From Candidatus Electrothrix sp. GW3-4 (GTDB taxonomy: Bacteria > Desulfobacterota > Desulfobulbia > Desulfobulbales > Desulfobulbaceae), in NCBI RefSeq assembly GCF_037902255.1, contig NZ_CP147990.1, forward strand, positions 2,370,001-2,402,000: a stretch of DNA of 32,000 nt. Reading direction: 5' to 3'. A program made the position numbers and the translations under genes. Shown piece by piece: positions 8,440 through 16,583 of the stretch (its first letter is position 1; every line of letters begins with the position of its first letter). Under the pieces are notes generated by a model, which ran no database searches, had not been told where the DNA came from, and worked only from the letters and a program-made list of their open reading frames with translations.

Positions 8440-8644
8440 AATGAGTCCTTTTAAAACGCACAGCAGGTTCGCAGAATCAAAGAGTTGATGGACGAACCGC
8501 CAGCCTTATACCTTATAGTTATAATCATACGTTACGTTATATCATGCTCGAACGTTCCCTCTAGTATAACGACGACTCATGGAGAATACTACTTTTTTCT
8601 CCACACACTGCCTGTCAGGTGCCTTACCGCAAAAAGCAAGGCTG

Positions 8645-10339
8645 TTACTGCTCTACGACCTGCTCTTCAAAGGCGGCCAGCTGCCCTTCCAGCTTCCACT
8701 GCATGGCAGCCCGCCTACTCCCCTGGAGGAATCGGTTACAGGAAGCAGAGCCATGAGTGGCTCCAGCAGGATCTTGAGCGCAGGCATTGACAACTCGCTC
8801 ATAACGCCCCTCTTCTTGCCAGAGACTTGCTCCGGGCAGGAAACTATGCTCCACACTGGCCCGGACCATCCGCTTCAGCTCAGAGTATCCGAGATGCTGA
8901 TGCGTCACCGCCCGGACAAACTCATCAGTGATATCAATCCGCAGGATCCCTGCATGGTCAGTGGCCAAGACGACCGGAACTCCCTGGCCCAGGTAGAGAT
9001 TCAGGGGGTGAGAACGTCCTGTCTTCCCCAGCAAGACGGCGTTGGAGGTCAAGCAGGCCTCGACCAGCACGCCCCTCTCGCGCATCCTCGTAAGTAACTC
9101 GGTGTGGTCCTCCTCGCCCAGCACGTCACAGCCGTGCCCGACCCGCTCGGCATGCCCCATTTCCACAGCATGACGGATGTGGAATTTCAGATGCCATTGC
9201 CCCTCCAGAGTATCTGGCACGAGTTCCGGGATCAGCTCACCAGCAGGCAGGGCGATCCGAACAGGTTGTTGCTGGGTATCGGCTTGTTTGAGGCGATGGA
9301 GCACATCCAGGGCAAACATCTCGTCATCATAATAGGCAAGCGAGTTCTCATGCTCCTCCGGCCCCATCAAGCCAATCCCTAAAACCAATGGTGATTGCCG
9401 GGCGAGCTCGTAACCGTAGACCCATTGGCCAAACACATACCCTCGATCCCTGGTCCGATTGGCAGACATAAGAAATCTGACCTCCACAGCACAGCCTGGA
9501 TCAGGGTTGCCTGTCTTGCAACCAAGCAAGTCCCGGGCACCGGCCACCCATTTTTTCAGATTAGCAGTGGTATGAGCCACGGTCTTTTGAAAAAGCGGAT
9601 CCGCCATGATCTGTTGACGCCTTTTCAGCAATACCGTTTCGGTCCACGGATCATCCGGCTGAATATATCTGGCAGCACGTTTGCCCACCTGATCTGAATT
9701 AAGACCATGCAGCAACTCCACATAGGAGTGTGTGTTCTTTCCGGCAATAGACAGGATATCGGCCAGACTATCGACCAGGCGTTTCTTGGAAAGCACCGCG
9801 TCGAATTTATCCAGGGCATCCCAAAAATGCTGCTGCGCCTCCTGTCTGCTGCCCTGAAAATGCTCCATGGACCACTCCTGCACAATTTTCCGGTGCAGGG
9901 CTCTCTCTGCCATGGCCTCTTGCATGGGCACGGCCTTTCCTTGACAGGGAGGCGATTCTGCTGTCCAATTCTTCCGGTTAATGCAGAGGCCATCAGCAGC
10001 ACCCCATGCAATCAGACGCTCCGTGCTCACGGACCCGGCAAGATCCATATGGAGACCTGCACCTTTAGGTAGAGGTAAAAAAAACTCCCGCAACTGTTCC
10101 GGGTCGTGCGCCAGAGATCGTAATTTCCAGTCAATGAGCATTTCCCGATAACGGGCATCGTCCTTGCTCGGGGATATCAGGCGGGTATGTTGTTTCTGAA
10201 CGGTTTCTACCGGAACCTGGGCCATACGGGTTGCTCCTCTGGTCTTGACAACTTTGGTGTTGACGGGCAGGATACAGCCCTGGAGAGTCAAACCTATACC
10301 CATGACACACAGCCAGGATGTTTTTCGTATATTTTTCAT
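8645..10339 (-). CDS. Adenosine/AMP-deaminase-family protein, predicted lipoprotein
   Basis: A signal peptide with lipobox LTLQGC, then ADA-fold landmarks (ERVGHG, CLTSN, LATDHAG). Several canonical metal-ligand positions look substituted (see findings). Confidence 0.7.
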   Translation of the reverse strand: MKNIRKTSWLCVMGIGLTLQGCILPVNTKVVKTRGATRMAQVPVETVQKQHTRLISPSKDDARYREMLIDWKLRSLAHDPEQLREFFLPLPKGAGLHMDLAGSVSTERLIAWGAADGLCINRKNWTAESPPCQGKAVPMQEAMAERALHRKIVQEWSMEHFQGSRQEAQQHFWDALDKFDAVLSKKRLVDSLADILSIAGKNTHSYVELLHGLNSDQVGKRAARYIQPDDPWTETVLLKRRQQIMADPLFQKTVAHTTANLKKWVAGARDLLGCKTGNPDPGCAVEVRFLMSANRTRDRGYVFGQWVYGYELARQSPLVLGIGLMGPEEHENSLAYYDDEMFALDVLHRLKQADTQQQPVRIALPAGELIPELVPDTLEGQWHLKFHIRHAVEMGHAERVGHGCDVLGEEDHTELLTRMRERGVLVEACLTSNAVLLGKTGRSHPLNLYLGQGVPVVLATDHAGILRIDITDEFVRAVTHQHLGYSELKRMVRASVEHSFLPGASLWQEEGRYERVVNACAQDPAGATHGSASCNRFLQGSRRAAMQWKLEGQLAAFEEQVVEQ

Positions 10340-10651
10340 ATAACGTTCTCAGTCAAAACAGAATAAATGATTATTTTCCAACGAAAGCTCAAAGGTTAGC
10401 AAGAAAAAATCAACAGGAAGGTTCAAGACATGTGAAGGGGCATTCCGACTGTAGCCTGATCTGCCCATGAGTGCGACAAAAAAATACAACCTCACTAACT
10501 ACCCATAAAAAGGCCTTTTATTCTGCACAGTATTACTCATCAGCAAGAGTTTCTCTGGCTGCGCAAGCAACAACCTGCTAAGGTAGAAATTATATTCGCT
10601 TTCATAAAATAATCTCCATATGCCTCAAACCAACCGTTAACGGAGTCTTTT

Positions 10652-11335
10652 GTGACAACAGTACGAGTTGATTATACTGCACATGATGCGATCTATCAAA
10701 AAAACAAGGAGACAGGACGCCCAGGTTGGGATACGGCGACAGGAACAGCACAGACGCTCCTCAAGTGGCAAGAGATACTTCAAAGCAGATATATACCTGA
10801 TAAGGGCAGAGTTCTGGAGCTCGGCTGCGGTGCTGGTGACCTCAGCCTCTGGCTCACCACAAAGGGCTACGAGGTCTCCGGGGTAGATATTTCACCAACC
10901 GCCATCGACTGGGCACGTGAAAAAGCACAAGCAGGCAATGCACTGGTAGATTTTCATCTCGGCAACGTTATCAATCTCTCCACATACCAGGAGAGTGCCT
11001 TTGACCTTGTTCTGGATAGCCACTGCCTGCACTGTATCATCGGGGACCACCGCGCCCTGTTCCTCAGATCTGCCTACCGAGTTCTCCGCCCTGCCGGTTG
11101 TTGTATCATCAAAACAATGTGCGGCAGACCCGCCAAGGGGTGGTCACCCGGGCATTTTGATCCACAGACCCGTTGTCTGATTCGAAAGGACGGCCTGGCA
11201 ACCCGTTATCTTGGCCTGTCCAAGGACATTATGCAGGAGGTGGTGGACGCAGGTTTTCAGCTCAAAGAGTGGAAGATACGGCCAGCAAGCTGCGAGGAAG
11301 ATCAAGGCGAACTGCTCGTGTACGCAATAAGGTAA
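10652..11335 (+). CDS. Class I SAM-dependent methyltransferase
   Basis: VLELGCGAGDLSLWLTTKGYEVSGVDIS is motif I. GTG start with GGAG 7 nt upstream. Confidence 0.85.
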   Translation: MTTVRVDYTAHDAIYQKNKETGRPGWDTATGTAQTLLKWQEILQSRYIPDKGRVLELGCGAGDLSLWLTTKGYEVSGVDISPTAIDWAREKAQAGNALVDFHLGNVINLSTYQESAFDLVLDSHCLHCIIGDHRALFLRSAYRVLRPAGCCIIKTMCGRPAKGWSPGHFDPQTRCLIRKDGLATRYLGLSKDIMQEVVDAGFQLKEWKIRPASCEEDQGELLVYAIR

Positions 11336-11422
11336 TCTGGAGAATCCCCTGCGGGTGAATCCGACGCTCAGCATAATAGATCTCTCGACAGATATACTCA
11401 TAGCGAAAAAAGGAGAATAAAA

Positions 11423-12424
11423 ATGTCTCAACAACGCATCACAAGGTTCATTATACGCTTCATCATGACCTCGGTCCTGCTGCTCTATTATACGACGGGA
11501 AACACGGCAGAGGTCCGGGAACTTGCTTCTCAGCCGCAGATTCATCAATCCGGTCAATTTCGCGTTCTCTATTATACAGAGGGCAAAGACGCCATCTCCC
11601 TGGAGGATAAAAATAGAAACAAGGTCCCTGACCAGGCAGAAGACGTCCTGACCCAGACATTGGCTGCGTATTATCTCTTTGTCGAGACCCTGGGCTTTCC
11701 AGATCCGTTCCAGAGCAGGTATTTTCAAGATGCAAAATTTCTCGATATCATACTCTATTCCCAAGACGCCTCTGGAGAGGAAGGGGAACTTGGCGAGCAA
11801 AAGGAACTCGCCTTTGCTCACCCCCGCTTCCTCCATGTCCCCAGCGACCCAGAGGACACAGTCAGCATTAACTTCCGGGTCTCCTCCTCTCTCAAGGCAT
11901 CAACAGACCAAGGACCGGCCCGCGAATTTTTTCATCTCATTCAATACGGGGTGACCTTTTTTCGGAACAGATGGTTTATTGAGGGAACTGCGCGTTGGGC
12001 AGAATACGGGCTACGGAAAGACGACCCGGACGGATCGGTTCCACAGTTTACGACTTGGCCGTTATCCAACGAGGAGAGAACGGCCCTGTTTGCAATGGAT
12101 GAGCAGGCAGCAGAAAGCTTTTGGATACCGCTGGCTGCCAAAATGAATAATAAAGGGGTCATTCCTTTTACCCCGGCTATCTATAAGATTATGCCGCTGA
12201 CCTATGCCAACGAAAAACCTGTCTTTAAAAATATGCGTTTCCCTGGCTGGATGTTTGTCCGGGATGTCCTGATCGAGCTCGGGCGGATGGACGACATAGC
12301 CTTCCGGGAGTTAGGATATCAGGAATGGACAGCAGAAAATCAGGCCTCACCCGAGAATAACAAGTACATCATGGACGCCATTAGCACGGTGGTAACCCGT
12401 TATCAGGCCGCCTTTCACCTCTAA
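11423..12424 (+). CDS. Secreted hypothetical protein, MA-clan peptidase-like with a degenerate HExxH (REFFH)
   Basis: An N-terminal hydrophobic signal, the pattern FRVLYYTEG.DA...D.N.N.VPDQAEDV typical of uncharacterised zinc-peptidase families, and AREFFHLIQYG where HEFFH is expected. SD AAGGAG. Confidence 0.6.
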   Translation: MSQQRITRFIIRFIMTSVLLLYYTTGNTAEVRELASQPQIHQSGQFRVLYYTEGKDAISLEDKNRNKVPDQAEDVLTQTLAAYYLFVETLGFPDPFQSRYFQDAKFLDIILYSQDASGEEGELGEQKELAFAHPRFLHVPSDPEDTVSINFRVSSSLKASTDQGPAREFFHLIQYGVTFFRNRWFIEGTARWAEYGLRKDDPDGSVPQFTTWPLSNEERTALFAMDEQAAESFWIPLAAKMNNKGVIPFTPAIYKIMPLTYANEKPVFKNMRFPGWMFVRDVLIELGRMDDIAFRELGYQEWTAENQASPENNKYIMDAISTVVTRYQAAFHL

Positions 12425-12433
12425 CACAAGGCT

Positions 12434-12931
12434 ATGAAGAAAATCCATCTGCTCCGACACGCAAAGTCCAGCTGGAAAGACAGCACCCTGACCGATATGG
12501 ACCGCCCTTTGAACAAACGCGGCAAGCGGACCTGCCGCTTCATGGCCCAGCATATTGCCCAGGCGGGCTGTTCTTTTGAGTATATCTTCTCCAGCCCAGC
12601 CCTCCGGGCCCAGACAACCATTGAACGCATTGGCAAAACCCTGGAGCGTGATCTTTGCTGGCAGACTGCGGGCCAGCTGTTCACCTTTGACCAGGAGGTC
12701 CTCTTTGCCTGGTGCAGGACACTGGATGAGACCGTACGCGAACCCCTGCTCATCGGCCATAACCCGGCCCTGACCGAATTCTGCAATACCCTCAGCAACA
12801 GCACTGTCAAAAATATCCCCACCTGCGGTTATGTCCAGCTGACCATTGAACAAGACTGCCCTTGGCAGGAACTCGCTGAAGGGGTTGCGGAGCTGACCGT
12901 CTTGCTTCGCCCGAAAAAACTGATGCAATGA
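12434..12931 (+). CDS. Histidine phosphatase family protein (SixA-like)
   Basis: IHLLRHAKS...RPLN.RG is the RHG phosphohistidine phosphatase signature. 165 aa. Confidence 0.8.
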   Translation: MKKIHLLRHAKSSWKDSTLTDMDRPLNKRGKRTCRFMAQHIAQAGCSFEYIFSSPALRAQTTIERIGKTLERDLCWQTAGQLFTFDQEVLFAWCRTLDETVREPLLIGHNPALTEFCNTLSNSTVKNIPTCGYVQLTIEQDCPWQELAEGVAELTVLLRPKKLMQ

Positions 12932-13063
12932 TGCAGCACAGCATGGACAGCTCAGAAGCTTGTCTCCTCTGACGTCTGCGCTTTCACCCCTGTCCGCCCC
13001 TGCATCAGGCGGAAGCATTCAAAATTCATTCAAAGTTCATTCGGAGTTTAGCATGATGCGCTC

Positions 13064-14275
13064 TCATCTGACCGGATCTTTCAGCACCAGCACAAAGACC
13101 GTCAGCATAACCAGGGCGCAACTGGCCCCGGCATAAAAAGCCCCGTCTGTTCCCCAGAGCATAAAGAAAATTCCCATCAGGAGAGGCCCTAAGGTCTGAC
13201 CCATCCGCAGGATCATACTGTTGACCGCCATGAAGGAGGCCCGGTACTCCAATGGAGCCAGTCCGGCCAGCATGGTCTGAACCGTGGGAATATTCAGGCC
13301 CTGGCCCATGCCAAAGAGGACCAGGGGGAAAAAGAGGAGTGGGAGGTTGGGCACCAGGGGGAGCAGGAACAGGGCCACGCTATAAAAGATATAGGCCGTT
13401 GTCAGGAGCTGCTTCTTGCTATAATGTTTTGCCAACCTGCCCATTTGAGAAGAGGTAAAAGCCATGGTGCAGGCCATGCCGGACATGATCAGGCCGATGA
13501 GCGGGGTCGATGCCTTGAAGGTCTGACTGAGCAGAAGGGGAAAATAGGTGAGATAGGAGCCGTAGAGGATAATAAAGGTGATCAGGGTGGCCAAAAAGAG
13601 CAGAGCGACATCAGGCTGTCGCACAGCCTGCCAGATATTGCCCAGGTAGCCTTTGAGGGGACGGTTACTCTTCGGTTCCGGGTTTTTCAGAAATAACAGG
13701 ACAAAGAAGCCCACCGGCAGGGCAAACAGGGAGAGGTAAAAAGGGTACTGCCAGCCTGCCGCTGCCAGGAGGCCACCCAGGGCCGGATAGCTGGCCACCC
13801 CAAGGCTGAGGACACTGGTGTTATAGCCCATAGCGGCGTCCCGCTCCCTGCCGGTATAGAGGTCACCGATCAGGGCAACGTTAATAGCGGGCAGGGCTGC
13901 CGCGCCGATCCCCTGCAAGAAGCGGAGGAGAAGCAGCAGCGGAAAATCCTTGGTCAAGGCACAGGCCCCGCCAGCCAGAGCGAACAGGAATAAGGATGGG
14001 GCCAGCACCCGCTTTCTGCCGAAGCGGTCAGCAAGTACACCGAGGATCGGGGTAAGGAAGACGCCCGGTACCGTGAACACGGTGATCAGCAACCCGATGT
14101 CTCGGGGAGAGATGTTCAGCTCCTTGATGATCTTGGGAAAGGCCGGAGTGAGACTGGCTACTCCCATGACCGCCATCAGGGTGACGGAGAAGATGATGTG
14201 CAGGTTGCGGTCGCGCAGCAAAAGACTGCGACGATCCTGCGATTCTGGGTTTGGTTTCATGAGGTTATTATGCAC
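13064..14275 (-). CDS. MFS transporter
   Basis: About 12 predicted TM segments and the MFS loop motif GVLADRFGRKRV. Confidence 0.9.
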   Translation of the reverse strand: MHNNLMKPNPESQDRRSLLLRDRNLHIIFSVTLMAVMGVASLTPAFPKIIKELNISPRDIGLLITVFTVPGVFLTPILGVLADRFGRKRVLAPSLFLFALAGGACALTKDFPLLLLLRFLQGIGAAALPAINVALIGDLYTGRERDAAMGYNTSVLSLGVASYPALGGLLAAAGWQYPFYLSLFALPVGFFVLLFLKNPEPKSNRPLKGYLGNIWQAVRQPDVALLFLATLITFIILYGSYLTYFPLLLSQTFKASTPLIGLIMSGMACTMAFTSSQMGRLAKHYSKKQLLTTAYIFYSVALFLLPLVPNLPLLFFPLVLFGMGQGLNIPTVQTMLAGLAPLEYRASFMAVNSMILRMGQTLGPLLMGIFFMLWGTDGAFYAGASCALVMLTVFVLVLKDPVR

Positions 14276-15330
14276 CGTTTAGCACTACGTTCATACTTAT
14301 TACTTGAATCTAGGCACACTAAATAATCTGTCGGCAACTGGAACCCGGTCTCCTCACCGGCAAGGAGCAGGGAAACCGTTCGTCGCACCCGTGCTTCCTC
14401 CAGCTTATCGGCCAGCTGATCAAGATGGGTTGCGCGGGATTGGATCAGGCGTTCCCGCGCAGCCTGATACTGCTGCAAGGTGATGTCCGCCGTACGATCA
14501 CGGGCGCTCTTGTCCTTCCAGGCCATCTCGTAGGCCAGGGCATTGACCAGCCACGGCTGGCCCTGGGTGTCCTGCCAGACTTCAGCAAAAATCTCCGGGG
14601 CAAAGGCCTGACCGGTTTCCTGGGTATGCTGTTGATAGAGCAGATGGATTTCTTCCTGGCTAAAGTTGCCCATACGCAGGGATTCCGCTTTGATGTTAAA
14701 GGCAGAACCGCCGGTGATCACCTCTCCGTCCGCCTGCCGGATCCGGTAATCCTTGACATCCCGCACACCGCAAAGAACCACGGTCTGGGGAAAGGCGGCA
14801 GGACGCTGGTTATAGCCGCTACGGAGCTGACGCAACAAAGAAATCAGAGTATCACCGACCAGGGCGTCCACCTCATCCAGAAGCAGGACAACAGGCTTTG
14901 CGCTTTCTCTGGACCAACGAGCCAGAAGCGCTTCCAGAATACCGTGGCTCCCACGTTGTTCCTTTTCTTCTCTAATCCATTGATGCAGGCGTTTATCTTT
15001 GAAATAGACCGAGGCAGATTCCGCAATGGTCCGTGTCACCTCATACATGCCCTGTTCAACATTGTTCCGTGCAGTCTGGGCGGTTTCAATATTGGCATAC
15101 AGGCATATATACTCGTCTCCGCTATTCAGATAGTCCATCAGGGCGAGCAGGAGGGAGGTCTTGCCGGTCTGCCGGGGGGCGTGGTGGGCAAAGTATTTCT
15201 TCTGTTGGATCAGCAGGAGGAATTCATCCGCATCCAGCCGGGAGAGCGGCGGCAGGGCGTAATGATCCTCCAGGTTGACCGGGCCTGCGGTGTTGAAGAA
15301 TTTTATAGAGGCTGTGGTTCTTTTTTGCAA
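14257..15330 (-). CDS. AAA-ATPase-like (P-loop) protein, probably C-terminally truncated or divergent
   Basis: FFNTAGPVN.EDHY is a family-typical N-terminus. Walker A is PRQTGKTS and Walker B is VVLLLDEVD. TTG start. The last ~16 codons are AT-rich, unlike the rest, and overlap the MFS start by 19 nt. Confidence 0.75.
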   Translation of the reverse strand: MQKRTTASIKFFNTAGPVNLEDHYALPPLSRLDADEFLLLIQQKKYFAHHAPRQTGKTSLLLALMDYLNSGDEYICLYANIETAQTARNNVEQGMYEVTRTIAESASVYFKDKRLHQWIREEKEQRGSHGILEALLARWSRESAKPVVLLLDEVDALVGDTLISLLRQLRSGYNQRPAAFPQTVVLCGVRDVKDYRIRQADGEVITGGSAFNIKAESLRMGNFSQEEIHLLYQQHTQETGQAFAPEIFAEVWQDTQGQPWLVNALAYEMAWKDKSARDRTADITLQQYQAARERLIQSRATHLDQLADKLEEARVRRTVSLLLAGEETGFQLPTDYLVCLDSSNKYERSAKRCIITS

Positions 15331-15340
15331 AGCTGTTCAG
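15175..15340. repeat. 166-bp direct repeat, copy A (leader plus first 52 codons of the ATPase gene)
   Basis: Identical base for base to 16073-16238 by manual alignment. Confidence 0.95.
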
Positions 15341-15400
15341 AGCAAACGGTGCAGGGCGCACACTAAACACCTAACAGGAAGTAGGTGAACAGATATCAGT

Positions 15401-15706
15401 CTATTGTTTACCTATTGGCCTTGCCCGATTAATCCGGTCCATTCTTTTCGGAGAATGCAGAGCCTCCCAAAGGTCATTACGCTGCTGAAGATTCAGCCAA
15501 AAATGTGCTGTATTGCCGAACACCTTAGCCAGCATCAGAGCAGTATCAACTGTTATCGCTCTCTTGCCAGTACAAAGCTCGTTGACAGTCTTCCGGCTTA
15601 CACCCATTGCAGCAGCCAGCTGTACCTGAGTAATCTCCTGCGGTGCCATAAACTCTTCAGTAATCATTTCCCCGGCACTCACAGGCTGACGTTTAGTAAG
15701 AATCAT
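15401..15706 (-). CDS. higA: HigA-family antitoxin (XRE HTH)
   Basis: ITQVQLAAAMGVSRKTVNELCTGKRAITVDTALMLAKVFG..FWLNLQ. Located 9 nt after higB. Confidence 0.9.
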   Translation of the reverse strand: MILTKRQPVSAGEMITEEFMAPQEITQVQLAAAMGVSRKTVNELCTGKRAITVDTALMLAKVFGNTAHFWLNLQQRNDLWEALHSPKRMDRINRARPIGKQ

Positions 15707-15715
15707 TTGTCTTCC

Positions 15716-16012
15716 TCATCTGTACGTGTGATTATCAAGATAGACGTCGTCCGCTTCTCCACTTTCTGCATTCCAAGTGAAAATAAGACGCCATTGGTTA
15801 TTGACTCGTATAGAGCACTTCCCCAGTAATTTCCCAGCCAATCTCTCAAAATGATTGCTAGGAGGGCTTCTTAAATCTTCATCACAAGTAGCATCATCAA
15901 GCAATTGCAGCTTTCGAAACAATCGTGAACGAAGGGTTGAAGGAATTTTCTTGGAATGAGTATCCTCTATGAAAAACTTCTTCAGCCATTTATCACGGAA
16001 ACTTTCTATCAT
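15716..16012 (-). CDS. higB: HigB-like toxin (RelE/ParE superfamily, plasmid-maintenance killer type)
   Basis: A 98-aa protein with F.D..L.K......K.P......L..KL..L..A....DL..PP.N..E.L.G.....SIR.N.QWR..F. The toxin-first order is typical of higBA. Confidence 0.85.
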   Translation of the reverse strand: MIESFRDKWLKKFFIEDTHSKKIPSTLRSRLFRKLQLLDDATCDEDLRSPPSNHFERLAGKLLGKCSIRVNNQWRLIFTWNAESGEADDVYLDNHTYR

Positions 16013-16013
16013 A

Positions 16014-16047
16014 GTTACAATGTAACACTCATGGTTACATCCTGCAA
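16014..16047 (-). promoter_or_regulatory. Candidate higBA promoter/operator
   Basis: Three GTTACA/TGTAAC half-sites lie at 16014-16019, 16021-16026 and 16034-16039. On the minus strand, TTGCAG (16047-16042), a 17-nt spacer and TACATT (16024-19) end 6 nt before the ATG. Confidence 0.4.
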
Positions 16048-16054
16048 GTTCTGA

Positions 16055-16228
16055 TTATTTGCAACGTCTGGCGGGGGCGTGGTGGGCAAAGTATTTCTTC
16101 TGTTGGATCAGCAGGAGGAATTCATCCGCATCCAGCCGGGAGAGCGGCGGCAGGGCGTAATGATCCTCCAGGTTGACCGGGCCTGCGGTGTTGAAGAATT
16201 TTATAGAGGCTGTGGTTCTTTTTTGCAA
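16055..16228 (-). pseudogene. Duplicated 5' fragment of the AAA-ATPase gene (52 native codons, then ARRCK-stop), ending just before the Walker A motif
   Basis: Lies within repeat copy B. Its translation is identical to the ATPase N-terminus up to ...YFAHHAP, then diverges to a TAA stop at 16055-16057. Confidence 0.7.
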
Positions 16229-16238
16229 AGCTGTTCAG
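16073..16238. repeat. 166-bp direct repeat, copy B
   Basis: 100% identical to 15175-15340, offset by 898 bp. Partial similarity continues about 8 nt further (gtctg..). Confidence 0.95.
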
Positions 16239-16561
16239 TTAGTTTCGTTTTTTTGCTTTGAGCCCTGCAACTGCTCGACCTCATTTACAGAAAGACCGGT
16301 AATTGCAACCACAACCTGCACTTCCAGTCCTTGTTCCAAAGATCGCTTGGCAATCATCATTTTCTCTTCTTTTCTCCCTTTTTCAACCGCACCTTTTTGA
16401 AAAAAAATAAAATCCCGCCGCTTGCTCTGCAACTCAAATTCTTCCTCTGGTAGACTATCTGTATTTGCCATACGTAATGTTTCCCTCAACAAGTCGGTAG
16501 GTCCGCTTGAGTGAAACGAAAGCGGACTGTCTATTTTTCGAATTGTCTGATTTTGTTGCAC
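16235..16561 (-). pseudogene. Remnant resembling the C-terminal tail of Rpn/YhgA-like PD-(D/E)XK recombination-promoting nucleases
   Basis: ...KGRKEEKMMIAKRSLEQGLEVQVVVAITGLSVNEVEQLQ matches the characteristic C-terminal helix motif of that family, and the nuclease domain is absent. Family recalled from pattern only. Confidence 0.4.
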
Positions 16562-16583
16562 TCAACCATACCTACCAAACGGC

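Noticed and set aside
8440-8644. Possible preQ1 riboswitch upstream of queD
   Set aside because: I looked on the minus strand for the short P1 hairpin followed by the A-rich ...AAAAAACUA(A/G)G tail of preQ1-I or preQ1-II. Only an unrelated GGTTCG...CGAACC hairpin and ...GTTTTAAAAGGACTC are present, so there is no convincing match.
8645-10339. RADAR-like defence (adenosine deaminase)
   Set aside because: The protein has a lipoprotein export signal and there is no adjacent large ATPase (RdrA-like), so the context does not fit RADAR.
11144-11836. 230-aa minus-strand ORF
   Set aside because: It spans the 3' end of one supported plus-strand gene, the intergenic region and the 5' end of another. 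It has no motifs and is a shadow ORF.
12347-13018. 223-aa minus-strand ORF
   Set aside because: It is antisense to the SixA-like phosphatase gene, which carries the RHG motif, and nothing supports it.
14425-15366. 313-aa plus-strand ORF, and its partial duplicate 16079-16261
   Set aside because: It is antisense to the P-loop ATPase gene. The second ORF exists only because the 166-bp repeat is duplicated.
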